A DNA stretch of 63,966 bases, the filler included, from Chiloscyllium plagiosum (Eukaryota), in the NCBI RefSeq assembly GCF_004010195.1. It is 8 parts of one record of this genome, joined end to end, with 100 filler letters (N's around TTAATTAATTAA, not from the genome) between each part and the next. Parts side by side here need not be neighbours in the genome. Positions count along the whole stretch, not along the records: positions 1 to 8,748 come from NC_057717.1; positions 8,849 to 20,808 come from NC_057717.1; 6 more parts are not named here. One strand, written 5' to 3'. Under the pieces are notes generated by a model. It had not been told where the DNA came from. It did no database searches and saw nothing but the letters and a program-made list of their open reading frames with translations. Position 1 is the first letter of the stretch. The number at the start of each line of letters is the position of its first letter. The position numbers were made by a program, and so were the translations under genes. Below, in pieces: positions 1 through 11,430 of this stretch.

Positions 1-1665
1 TGCTAGCAATGGTCTGGGAACTCATTTCCACTCTGTCCCACAGAAATTACCTCTGACCAGATCCACACTTGTTTTCCTAACAACAGTCTCTGAACAGAGA
101 CACACGCTTTTCCCCGAACATCTTCCAACGACGCCATCTGCACACTATTCCCTTCGCATCGACTTGTGAACGCATCCAACTCTAATATCCGAACAACAAA
201 ATTTCATCCCAATTCTGCTCTGTTTCGTTTGAAATAGCATATGACCCCATCATCAGTCTGTTTCACTAGCAACAGCTTGGGAATCGACTGCTACCCTTTA
301 CTCCTCGCATCGGTCCATGAATATGACCCAAATCCTCTCCACTCGCAACGGCCAGTGGACCCATCCCTACTCTATTCCCTTCGCAACAGCCCGTGAACCT
401 TAATCTGTTTAATCAGCAATGACCCTTTGACCTATCTGACTGCGTTTCCACAGCAACGGCATGTGAATTCATTCCCACTGCTTTCCGCGCCACGGCCCGT
501 GAACCCATCACAATTCTGTTCTTCTAACAATGGCCTGCGAACCCATCCTCTCTCTCTCTCTCTTCCCCTCGTAACAGTCCATGTTCCCACCCCAGTCTGT
601 TTCCCTCACAACAGCCTTCGATCAATTCCCCTCCTGTTATCCTAGCACGGCCTGTGAACATATCCCTACTCTGTTCCCCTCGCAATGTCCCGTGAACCGT
701 TACCAACCTGTCCCCCGACCAACAGACTGTGAGCCCATCCTCGATCTTTTTGTCTCACAAATGCCTGTGTTTGCACTTCCACTCTCTTCACCGAACAACA
801 GCCTTTGAATGCATTCACACCTCTTTCTCCTAGCAACCGCCTGCGAATGCAGCTCTACTGTTTCATGTATAACGGCCTTGAACCCATTCCCAAACTATTC
901 CACGAGCAACGGTCTGTGTACCAATCCCCACTTCGTCCTCTCATCAACGGCCTGTGACCACAATATCACCTTTGTTCCCCTAACAACTGCTTGTGAACCC
1001 ATCTGCACTCTGTTCATCTGGCAGCTGCCTGCATCCTCGTGCCCACTTTGTTGCCAACCAACTGTCTCTGAAGTCATCCTCATTTTCTTCACGGAGCAAT
1101 GGCCTGTAAACCAAGCCCCAGTCTGTTCTCCTACCAACGGTGTGTGACCCCCATCGATACTCTGATCTTCAGGAAATGGCTTCTGGTGCCGTCCGCACTC
1201 TGCTCCCAAGAAACAGCCAGTAATGACATCTCCTTTCTGTTCCTCTGGCAATGGTCTCTGAACCCATTCCCACTCATTTCCCCGAGCACCGGTCTGTGAA
1301 CTTCATCACAATCCACTGTCTTGGCAACGGCATTTGAATCCATCAGCACTCAATTCTCTGAGTAATGGCCTGTGAACACATCCCCACTCTGTTCTCCTGG
1401 CAGCGGTCTCTGTTAAAATCCCTACTCTTTTTTCTATGTAACAATCCCCATTCTTCTAACCTAGCAACAACCTGTGAACCCATCGACACTCTCATCTTCT
1501 ACTCACGGCCGGTGAACTCATCGGTACTGTGTTCCTCGAGCAACTATTAATGGAATAATCCCCCATCTGTTCTCCTACTGACAGTCTCTTAAACTATCCT
1601 TCCGGCAAAGACCTGTGAACCTATCCCCAATCTCTTCCCTTAGAAATAGCCTGTGAATCCATTAC
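1..1665 (+). repeat. Satellite A, degenerate ~38-bp monomer (consensus approx. GCAACGGCCTGTGAACCCATCCCCACTCTGTTCCCCTA)
   Basis: Recurring (c)ctgtgaaccca...ctctgttc motif; GTGAAC at 654 and 692 gives a 38-bp period. Confidence 0.9.
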
Positions 1666-2155
1666 CACGGAAGGGAACGCAAGCATGAAGTATATATGAG
1701 ATTGGGTGGTAGTGAGAGTGCAAGAGGGACAGCGAGTGATTCAAGATAGGGCAGGGTACATAAAACCATAGGTGAAAGCAAGGTCAGAGTGACTTAAACA
1801 CAACTCCTGAGCTCAGGTCCTATCCTCTCCCGTTCCATGAGGACTTAGGGTCAAGTTTGTCTCTCTCCGACTCAGCTTCTCAACGCAAAGAGAACCAACA
1901 ATAAAATTCATTCTGCTGCTGGGCAATTTTTAATGAACATTTTTATTCTTTACACATTGAAGTGATCGTTACAGTCAGTGGATGGTGCCTTTTCTCACGG
2001 GCCCCTAAGTTGAGAGAAACATTGAAATGTGTCCCTGTACCTCCTTGTGTGATAAAGATGGACAAACCAGCATTATCCTCAGTGTGTTACCAGAGCGACA
2101 GGCTGCTTCACTGCTGAAACATTTAACTGAAATGAGGAAGTCCCGGATGGATTGA

Positions 2156-3056
2156 TTAATGAGAAAATTTTATTGCTTGATAAATTTGCGTAAAGGGATA
2201 CTTCAGCACATTCTTCAACTGCTGTCTGAAATTAGTCTGGGTCACAGCGTAAATAGCGGTGTTTGTGCAGCAACTGAGAAGCTGCAGCATGAAGCCCAAT
2301 TCCTGCACAAAGCCATGTAGAAACACGCCAGTATCCACAATATACCACATTCGTCTCCATATAGAATACACCATTAACGTTGACCATAACAGGATGAAAT
2401 TGGCTGAGATCGCAAACAGTAAAATGATGGATTTTTTTCGGTTTCTCATTTCTATGTCAGAATGAGCGTCTGCATTGGTGTGATCCCGGAGTCTCCTGCG
2501 GGCTCTGCTGGTCACTTAAATAAGTCTGACGGTGAAAACATTGAGCAGCAGAATCAGTAGAAATGGGAGAGCCGGGGTAAGAATGTGGTGGAGGAACTCG
2601 AATGTGACCCAGACACGGGATTCATAAAGACCATTTGTTAGAGCACAGAACCAGGGCATGTTCCCCATCCAATACTGAGGTGTGAGAATAAAATACCAGA
2701 AAATGTTCTTTAAACAGCTCAGTACAGTTACTGAGCCACAGCCGCCGTTTTCTCACTGCAATATTTATTTTTCAGCTTCTGGTCACAAATGGCCACAAAC
2801 CGATCAAAGGTGAAAGTGACAGTGAACCAGAGAGAGCAGTCAGTGGCTGCACAAAGCAGAACGGAGTGGATATTACACACGCGGATGTACAAAAGGAAAG
2901 CATACTGTTCCTTAAAAACAATGGGAATGTGTCTCAATATTAGGTCGAGGATAATTACCAGTAGATCCACCATTGCCATGGCCCCCAGGTAACGTCTGAC
3001 AGATGAAGATAACCCACAATCTTTATAAAGCAGGACGTAGATCGTCACTACGTTAA
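2156..3056 (-). pseudogene. GPR139/GPR142-like class A GPCR, main coding exon, pseudogene (copy 1)
   Basis: Acceptor ttcctcacAG|TTAAC at 3057/3056. Translation gives VNVVTIYVL, YLGAMAMVDLLVII, FTVTFTFDRFVAIC, RNRKKSIILLF, LLSCCTNTAIY. Small frameshifting deletion near 2730 relative to copy 2, and a stop at 2516-2518. First exon not found. Confidence 0.85.
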
Positions 3057-3609
3057 CTGTGAGGAAGGAAAACATACATGTAGTATATCAGCCAGGAGTC
3101 AAAGTCACCAGTTTGATTGAAGACCCAATGAGATTTTCAAATGTATGACTGTATTCCGTGATTTATTGAAATAATTGAAGCTGAAATAACAAATAGGATT
3201 TTCTGAAATACTGACTAAAATGTGATGTGAAACACAAGAATCCCTCCCTCTCCAAACAGACACACGTCGAAAAGTACAGCTGGTTTATGGAACATTCCCA
3301 CACACTCGATTACTCGAGAACAGATAGAGGTCCTTCTTTCCAGTTCCTAATATGGACGGTGAAAACATTGCTGTCCTGAACGATTCTCTCCCCATGCCTT
3401 CAAGACAAACGGAAATGGAAATTTCTGCCTTTTCGTCGTAATTGATGGTATATCCTGTTCCGTGAAGAAAGGTAATGGCATTGGAAACGTATTCACCCCT
3501 TTTAACTGCCTGAGGGGACTTCGAACCAGTGTCTCATTCTCCACAGAGTGGGATCTCTTTGTTCAGGATCTTATCTTCTTTTCAATTGTCTGGCCGTTCA
3601 AAAAAAAAT

Positions 3610-3885
3610 GTTGGTTATAGAATGTTCTGGGGAATGTCAGGTATAGAATGCTCCGGAGAATGACGGGTATAGAATGTTCTTGGCAATGTCGTTATGGAAT
3701 GTTACGGGGAATATCGGGTATAAAATGTTCCGAATAACATCAGTTGCTGAATGTTCAAGGGAATGTCGGGCATAGATTGTTCCAGATATTGGCGGGTTCA
3801 AAATGTTATGGAGAATCTCCATTATGGAATGTTCCCGAGAAGGTAAGTTTTGGAACGCTCCTTCTATTTCGGGTATAGATTGCGG
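3610..3885 (+). repeat. Degenerate ~26-bp minisatellite (gggtatagaatgttccggggaatgtc-like)
   Basis: Repeated ggtatagaatg / ggaatgtc units. Confidence 0.7.
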
Positions 3886-5404
3886 TAGAGACATAAATAT
3901 TCACGTGACAGATGCCCTTCTGCCCACCAAGTCTGTCCCAGTCAGAAACACCTACTTGACCCTGTTTCAAACATCACAAGGGTCAGTAAGATGCCTCACG
4001 GCATGGAGGAGATACAGCTTGTTGTAATCACAGGGACATATCATTAAGGTATATCAGATGGTCATTCAGCCCTTCGCACCTAGTCTACCATTCGGTATGA
4101 TTCTGGATGATCAGACTGTGTCCTGAGCTTCACATTCCCAACCATTCCCTGATATCCACTGACCCTACTGTTATTCATGAATCTTTTTTGCTGTTTCTTA
4201 AAAATATTCACCATCTCTGCTTCCACTGTTACACTGAGCCACTGAGACCCAAACACTCACAGCCTTTCGAGAATATAAAATATGTCTCCACATTCCTGTC
4301 ATAAATCAAATGCGTCTTCTTCAAAACTGCTCTGTACCCCCAGGTGGAATTGCACCATGTTGTATGCTTCCACATGAGTTTCGATCCTCTTTCTGAATCA
4401 CAGTTGTTCACTTCTCAATGAGGCTATTTTAATCAAGAATAAAAATTTTGTGGAATGCAATGAAATATTTGCTCAAAATGTTATTCTGCCAGTGTTCCTA
4501 AGAGCATAAGTTTTAGGAGCAGAAATTCGCCATTTAGCGTATTGAGTTGACTCTGCTATTTCATCAGGGCCGATATGTTTTAAATATCATTCTCCTGCCT
4601 TCTCCCTGTTTAGACACTGACTTTCTCCTGAGTGTATTTTCGCATCCCGTTGCAGACAACATGTAAATCAGGAGCTGCGATTTCGATTCTGGTTCTTTGC
4701 AATTCTGGGCTTCAAGTCAAGGCTTCCCTTTCCGTCTGAATACACGATCAGTTGAGGGGGACCTCATTTTCCCAGTTTCTCCATCTCCTTAACATTTGTC
4801 CGGATGATGCTGAGTTCCAATGGGATACATCTAATATGACCCAGTTTTCCTCATCTGAGAGGTGAGTTTTCCCCACGTTCACCCGCTCCCAACCCAAGCC
4901 TAAGCACTGATGCGCAGGACCTTTAACTGTATCACCTTCAGACCTTCACCTATCTGCTGCCTCACCCCTTCCCCTGCTTCACAGAACAAGTCATCCATTA
5001 ATACTGTTGCGTGCAAAATGCTTCCTTGTCCAAAAGAAGACAAACAGCTGCTGAAGCTGGAGATCGGAAACACAAAGTGTTCTGCTGAAGTTTCCCCAGA
5101 TTTGAAATTTATTTCTGCTTTCTTCATAGAGATTTTTGCAGACCTGCTGAATTTTGCCAGCAATGTCCGTACTTGCAGATCTAATTCGCTGCTTATAGCA
5201 TGCACATATCCTGCACTACAGTTTGGTTTTTAACATCCAGCTCTCACCAATATTTGTTTCACTATTTTATTTCTAAGCTCCAGTCCAACTGTTTCTGTGT
5301 AATTTCAGTGATGATTGATTTTAGCGAGATGAATGGTGGATTCAGCAAGATGTTTTTTGAGAACTTGATGTTGAGATAATTCCGTTGCCTCTTGTTTGTC
5401 CTCC

Positions 5405-5535
5405 TTCATCAAGAAGGGGTTTTGCCCGAAACGTCGATTTTCCTACTCCTCGGATATCGCCTGACTTGCTGTGCGTTTCCAGCACCACTCTAATCTAGAC
5501 TCTGATTTTCAGCACCAGCAGTCCGCACTTTTGCC
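5405..5535 (+). mobile_element. Penelope-like terminal repeat fragment with a degenerate hammerhead motif
   Basis: aagaaggggttttgcccgaaacgtcgattttcctactcctcgga...cctgacttgctgtgcgtttccagc; same family as 7525-7634 and 45081-45209. Confidence 0.7.
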
Positions 5536-5789
5536 GAGTAACGGAAGTATTGTCTGAATCCCTCCGCACCCAGGAGGAGATCCATGCTCGTATCCACATT
5601 GCGCATTTGGGGATGGCAGTAATATCACGTGCTGTGCACGTAATATCAAAGGCTGTGCAGTGTAGCACCATGCTGTCTGCGTTTGTCCCAGTGCGGTGTG
5701 GAATTTCCCGGGATGCTGGGCAATTAAAGGAACTCTGGTGAGTGGGGAGTTGCTCTGGCAATGGCATGCAATAAGAAGTGGGGGACCAA

Positions 5790-6590
5790 CGTGATTCTCA
5801 CTGTGAGCTTATCAGAGGAAATCTTCCAAAATTGACCCAACTGGAGACAAAACCGACAAGATTAAGTGAACATATTGATCTTTGGTTTTATATATAATGG
5901 GTAACGTTGCATGAAGGCGAATCATCACGCCTGGGTAAATCCTGTTCACAAATACAGGACGGATCCACAAATCCTGAGGGCACCATGCTATACAGTCAAG
6001 GAAGACGTTACACTGCATTTGTACCAGATAAAGGAAAATCTCATGCTAACAGGTCAAGGAAATCATCTGTTGCCTTCTGTTGCCCCCGACATCATCGTTC
6101 GGCAATAACTCTGTTCCACTCGATGTTGGAAACAAATCAGAGGAAGCACTGAGGATGACAAGGATTCAGACCGTAATCCGGGTGTGGAACTTCAATGCCC
6201 ATTACCAAAGCTGCCTCCGCAGGCCCACTTCTGACCGAGCAGTGCAAGGCCTCAAATACACAGCAGCCAGGCTGTGCGAAGTGATGGGGAAAAGCTCCCG
6301 CTCCCGCCCACCACACCCCACCCCCTAACAAGAGGGAAATGTTATCAACAAGCTACCTGTCACCAACTACCTTTTTCTGTCTGGGAACATGGCACACAGT
6401 CCTTGCGGAGGGGAAGTCTCAAGATCATATTGAAGACAACGCCCACTGTGTTATTTGGCTCTACCTCCTGCGAAGTAGGACTCACTTCGAAAGGGCACAG
6501 CAAATGAAAATTAAGGATCCACGATGCACTGCCGGCCATCAGCATGTGCAGCATCTATACCCATCCCTCCATCGTAAAGCCAGAAGTGGG
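5790..6590 (+). mobile_element. Old non-LTR retrotransposon remnant (APE endonuclease region)
   Basis: Decayed frames read EEALRMTRIQTVIRVWNFNAHYQ (GDFN-like) and TDRAVQGLK...AARL. Confidence 0.5.
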
Positions 6591-6598
6591 TTGTGCAT

Positions 6599-7422
6599 TG
6601 TGATAATGCTGGTCCTTTAACAAGGTTCTGTTGTTCTTGTTTATTTCTACAGAGCATTCATAAACGCTGAATTGTCAAAGATCTGCTTTGGATGTTTTTT
6701 AGGGAAAGTTTGATTATAAGAAACACATACTGCCTGAGCCAAAATGCATTCATGTTAAAAAAAGATACATGTACAATGAAAGGGGAGTGACTAGTTCTCG
6801 CAGGTCAGTTTGTCTCTGGTTTAGTTTGGTTTTAACAAACTAGTCAAGTTTTGAGGCTGCTAGTCCAAGAAACAGGTGCATGGGAGAAAGTGTTCAATGT
6901 TCAATCTCCGTGCCATCACTCTCTCTCTCCTGTAAGACCCTGTGTTTGAATTTACCATTTGTGCCAAGTGGTGGTTATGTGGACTTTTGCAAGGTTTGGG
7001 ACCACAATTGTTAAGTTGCGATAATCTGTTTGGTTTTCGGATACAGTAAGTTATTCTGTATTCTGTTCTCATTTGTTAGTGTTTTATTCAGTAATTTTGG
7101 AAAACATATTTAGATTAGATTCCCTACAGTATGGAAACAGGCCATTTTACCCAAGAAGTGCACAGTGATCCTCCGGACAGCAACCCACCCAGACCCATTC
7201 CCCTACCCTATATTTACCCCGAACGAAGGCACCAAAACTATAGACAATTTAGCATGACCAATACACCTGACCTACACATCTGTGGATTGTGGGAGGAAAC
7301 CGGAAAACCCGGAAGAAACACACTCGGATATCCACTACACACCTGCAGAAAACAAGTACAAACGATAGGGTATGGGTGGGTTCCTTCAAATGTTTTGAGG
7401 GGTTCTGGCCTGGTCCAGAACA
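6599..7422 (+). mobile_element. Probable decayed solo LTR (Gypsy-like) interrupted by a SINE
   Basis: Starts TGTGATA and ends ...ctggtccagaACA, with a T-rich U5-like segment. No clear TSD. Confidence 0.4.
7110..7345 (-). mobile_element. HE1-type SINE, truncated
   Basis: ttagattagattccctacagtatggaaacaggcc...gtgggaggaaaccgga, homologous to 22882-23230. Confidence 0.85.
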
Positions 7423-7524
7423 ACACTGACCGTTCGATAGTGTTCACACGATTCCCAACTACACCGTACTGACTCAGTTCATTCAGCCCATCAGGAGATT
7501 GCTAAAAACAGGAACAGAATGAGG

Positions 7525-8748
7525 AAGTTCAGCCATTTGAGGTCGAGAGTGTGGTGCTGGAAAAGCACAGCCTGTGAGGCAGCATCCAAGGAGCAGGGGA
7601 ATTGATTTTCAGTTATGAGCGCTTCATCAGGAATGGTGCTTGTGGCCCTGGGGTGTTGAGAGATAAATAGGAGGGCGTGGGACTGCGGGCAATTTGCTGG
7701 GAATGTGATAGGTAGATGAATTTGGAGGTGAACGTGGCAACTTAGAAATGAGGGTGTAGCGGATTGGTGGAAACGAACGTGGACAGGTCAAGATGGAGGC
7801 TTGGAACTGGGATACAGTAGAGGATAGTGAAATGAGGAAATTGGTGAAATGCACATTGATTCCATGACGTTGCAGAGTCCCAAGGCGGAAGATGAAGATT
7901 TCTTCTGCGGGGCGTCACTTTCTTAGGATTTGGCGATGGAGGAAACCCAGGCGTTTTTATGCCCTTTGTAGAGTGGGAGAGGGCGTTCGTTTTTTCGTGT
8001 TTGTGTCCCAGAGATATTCTCTGTAATGATCCACAAATTGGCGTTCTGGCGCCTTAATGTCGAGAAGAACACATCGTGTGGAATTGGATGCAATCGATGA
8101 CGTGTGGGTAAGTACATGTAAACGTCTGCCTGCTGTCAAAATATCCTTTGAGGCCTTGGATGAAGGTGAGTGGGGAGGGGGAGGCGGAGGCCTCGCACAT
8201 CTTGCGGTGACAGCAGAAGGTTCTGGGAGCTGGGGGCATGTGGGCTGGTGGGGTAGGCATGGATCTGACAAGGGAGTTGCTTGAGGGAATTGTCTCTCTG
8301 AAATGCAGAAAGGGCTGAGGAGGGAAATTATATCTCTAGTAGTAGGGTATGTTTATAGGTCGCTGAAGTGGCTAACCACGATGTTGGTTGAGTGGAAGTT
8401 GAGCACCGGAGAGTTTGCTCCCTGTTATGATTGGAGTGGTGGAGCTCAAAGGCAGAGATGTGCAGAATGGTGAAGAATGTGCTGGAGAGCGTCATCAAAT
8501 ACGTGTGATGGGAATTTGTGGTCTCTGTAAAAGGAGGCGTTTTGGGATACTCTCTGGTGGAAATGGGCCTGCTGGGTGCAGATGCGGTGGAGATAGAGTA
8601 ATTGGGAATAAGAGATGGCAATTTTACAGGAAGCAGGTTGGGAGGTAATGTAGTCCAGGTAACTGTGGGACTTGGTGAGAGTTTTTTCGGAAATGTACAT
8701 ATTTAGTTGGGACTTGAGACTGGCGATGGAGAAGTCCAGGATCGGTTA
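7525..8748 (-). mobile_element. Penelope-like element remnant (RT thumb + GIY-YIG endonuclease + terminal repeat with hammerhead motif)
   Basis: Minus-strand KSHSYLDYITSQPASCKIAISYSQLLYLHRIC, and IQGLKGYFDSRQTFTCTYPHVIDCIQ just upstream of a decayed GIY motif. attcCTGATGA...GAAA at 7600-7634. Confidence 0.85.
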
Positions 8749-8848
8749 NNNNNNNNNNNNNNNNNNNNNNNNNNNNNNNNNNNNNNNNNNNNTTAATTAA
8801 TTAANNNNNNNNNNNNNNNNNNNNNNNNNNNNNNNNNNNNNNNNNNNN
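8749..8848. other. Assembly gap with TTAATTAATTAA spacer (also 20809-20908, 37412-37511, 47003-47102, 51399-51498, 57491-57590, 60792-60891); plain 500-N gaps at 27633-28132 and 49879-50378
   Basis: Identical 100-nt N-run/linker structure at each site. Confidence 0.97.
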
Positions 8849-8998
8849 GGAGTGGTAGAGTCAGAATCTTTGGTGACCTTTAAGCGGCAATTTGATAGGT
8901 ACATGGATGGGTGCTTAAGCTAGGACAAATGTTCGGCACAACATCGTGGGCCGAAGGGCCTTTTCTGTGCTGTATTGTTCTATGTTCTATGTTCTATG
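8849..8998 (+). mobile_element. CR1-type LINE 3' end
   Basis: gggccgaagggcc...tgctgtattgttctatgttctatgttctatg tail. Confidence 0.8.
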
Positions 8999-9359
8999 GA
9001 CAATCACTCCTTATATTCTAAACAGGCAATGGGAAGGTGATAAATTCATGACTGCTGTTTCACTCAGGGTGCATGATTCAGGATAGTTTAAGTGCCTAGG
9101 CGGACGTTACGCCCACCCACTCCAATGCCCTACTCCAAATTGAGAGAGATGGAGAGGTCCATGTTTTGAATGAACTCTCCCCATATTAATACAGTGCAGT
9201 TGGTGTGTGATCCTGCACTGAATGTCATATTATCCACCACCCCGACAGCAACCACAATACGTTCATTCTAAAACAGTTAACTATTCCCAACACCTTCTGA
9301 CCTTCATGAAGAACATGAGTCTATCTTCTCAGAGATCCAAGGTACTTACTTAAGGTTTA

Positions 9360-9960
9360 GACTAGAAGACTATAAGACATTGGAGCATAAATTAGGACAG
9401 TTCGCCCCTCGGGTCTGCTCCGTCATTCAATCATCGCTGATAGGTTTCTTAAACCCATTCTCTGACCTTCTCCCCGTAACCCTTCATCCCCTGGATAATC
9501 AAAAACTATCTATTTGCGTCTCAAATATACTCAATGACCTGCCTCCACATCCTTCTGTGGCAATAAATTTCCAAGATTCACCCTTCTATCGTTCAATAAT
9601 TTTCTCCTTATCACTGTTCATCTAAGGCTGTGCTCTCGGATCCAAGTCCAATGGATCCGAGAGCACAGTCCAAGTCTTATCAACATCCACTCTCTCCAGG
9701 TCATTCAGTATCCTGTCTATTTCAATTACATTCCCTATCATCCTTTCAAACTTTATCAAGTGTAGACCTATAGTACTCAAACATTCTTCATGCAATAAGC
9801 TTTTCATTCCTATGACCATTCTCGTGAAAATCTTCTGAACACGCTCCAGGACCAGTACATCCTTCCTGAGATATGGAGCTCAAAAATGAGCACAATACTC
9901 CAAATGTGTTCTGACCAGAGCCGTATAGAGTCAGTTCTTATATTCAATTCTTCTTGTAGT
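9360..9960 (-). mobile_element. CR1-type LINE 3' fragment
   Basis: Minus-strand decayed C-terminal ORF2 (IGNVIEIDRILNDLERVDVDK) and a 3' UTR/tail. Confidence 0.75.
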
Positions 9961-9991
9961 AAATACTCCCAAACACAATTGCAATTGCCGT

Positions 9992-10596
9992 TGTGGGAAT
10001 TAAGAAATGTAGTTTTCTGCAGGCGATATAGAAATGTAATTGTTGTAAGTGCTAGTGGAGTGTAATTTCTGTAGATGGGGGAGGGGTGAGACATTATACA
10101 AACGGTCATGGAATTCTTGTAGCGTGTAGTATACTTAAGGCTAAGACTTTAATGAATATAGGGGGTCTTTTAAAGAAGTAGTTTTAAAGAAAATAGTTTT
10201 AAGCTCGGAAATAACTATGGAGTGTTGTTGCTGACCACAAAAGAAGAAGTAATGGCATTTTCACAATAAAGCTTATAGTAACAAGACAAAGAACGCATAC
10301 ATCCAAGGTCAACCTGGTACAGAGATAAGGAAAAAACAAGTGAAGTAATCATCTTACGGTTAGGCCAAATAAGGGAATGAAATGAAATAAATAATTATGA
10401 TAGGGTTAGAATAGGGAAAGAAGGGGGGTGGATGTGAGCCGACGGCACGCAGACTGTACAAAATGTTTGTATAACGGATATCTTCACACTCTTCGCTCGC
10501 CTAGCGGAGTGTCCAGACTTGCAAGTTTGTAATAAATTTTCCTTGTTTCCATGGCTTTGTCTCCAGCTGATTTATAAGTGAGTTTTGTTTCCAACA
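9992..10596 (+). repeat. ERV 5' LTR
   Basis: TGTGGGAA...TTCCAACA; direct repeat of 17816-18409; TATAA near 10470; AATAAA at 10531-10536. Confidence 0.95.
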
Positions 10597-10599
10597 ATT

Positions 10600-10618
10600 T
10601 GGGGGCCTCGTCCGGGAT
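10600..10618 (+). promoter_or_regulatory. Primer binding site, tRNA-Pro
   Basis: TGGGGGCCTCGTCCGGGAT versus the canonical tRNA-Pro PBS TGGGGGCTCGTCCGGGAT (one extra C), 3 nt after the LTR. Confidence 0.92.
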
Positions 10619-10756
10619 CCAAAACTCCGACCGCTCGACACACTTGGGATGACGCGGGGAAGCACCTCGCCGATTTCGGCGGTCTCCGACTCCTTTGTTT
10701 GCCGTTTGCGGTTTGGGCGAGTACGATCCGGACTGGGATACCATGGAAACAAGGAA

Positions 10757-10843
10757 TGGTTTTACAATGACCATAAGAGCTGCAGTGGTTTTATAGTGAC
10801 CATAAGAGCTGTCGTGGTTTTGCAGTGACCATAAGAGCTGCAG
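10757..10843 (+). repeat. 3 x 29-bp tandem repeat in the ERV leader
   Basis: tggttttacaatgaccataagagctgcag / tggttttatagtgaccataagagctgtcg / tggttttgcagtgaccataagagctgcag. Confidence 0.92.
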
Positions 10844-10899
10844 GGGATTGCTGCGTAGGTTAGGAGCCGGCTGCGACCAGGTAACTCTGTGCACAGACC

Positions 10900-10908
10900 A
10901 AGGTAAGA
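10900..10908 (+). promoter_or_regulatory. Probable ERV major splice donor
   Basis: AAG|GTAAGA in the leader; an alternative CAG|GTAACT lies at 10878-10886. Confidence 0.55.
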
Positions 10909-11164
10909 AAAGTGATATTTAAGTATTGCCTTGGTGGTCGGGACAACGTTAAGTGGTCGGGAAACGTACAGGAAGTACGGGGGAATTGGTAAGATCTAAA
11001 TTAAAGCATATGTCAATGTAAAATAGACCGTGTCAGAAGGGCTAGTAGCTGAAGGGCTGCTGAGGGTGCACTTTGTAATTAACTTATGGCCAGACGTCTA
11101 GAAAAATAGTAAAAAAGTTAGAAGACTTGTTGTGAGACGCTAGTGTCTGTGAGATACAGTGTGT

Positions 11165-11221
11165 CTCTCTGTGTGTGTGAGTTTGTGTGCGTGTGAGAGA
11201 GAGAGAGAGAGAGAGAGAGAA
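11165..11221 (+). repeat. (CT)(GT)(GA) compound microsatellite in the ERV leader
   Basis: Directly visible. Confidence 0.9.
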
Positions 11222-11430
11222 GCTGTACAGCTGGTAGTAACGTTAACCCTTTGTGATCCGGTTTGAATGCACATTTGTTTGTTGGTGATTGAATGCTAAC
11301 AGTTGAAATCTAAAAACAAAGCATATAATTGGTCAAATTAATCGGACGAGTATGGTGTCTAGTCAGGACCCTGAAGGGGGTGTGGAAGAAGGTGACAGCG
11401 GACCTCGTTAATATTAATTAAATTGGAATA

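Noticed and set aside
1..1665. CRISPR-like periodic repeat
   Set aside because: The monomers are contiguous and degenerate, there are no unique spacers or cas genes, and the context is vertebrate; this is a satellite.
2528..3370. 16-bp exact repeat GACGGTGAAAACATTG in the exon (2528) and intron (3355) of GPCR copy 1
   Set aside because: It is not conserved as an exact pair in copy 2, and no structural consequence is evident.
8749..8848. TTAATTAATTAA palindrome recurring seven times
   Set aside because: It is always centred in 100-nt N runs, so it is a scaffolding linker.
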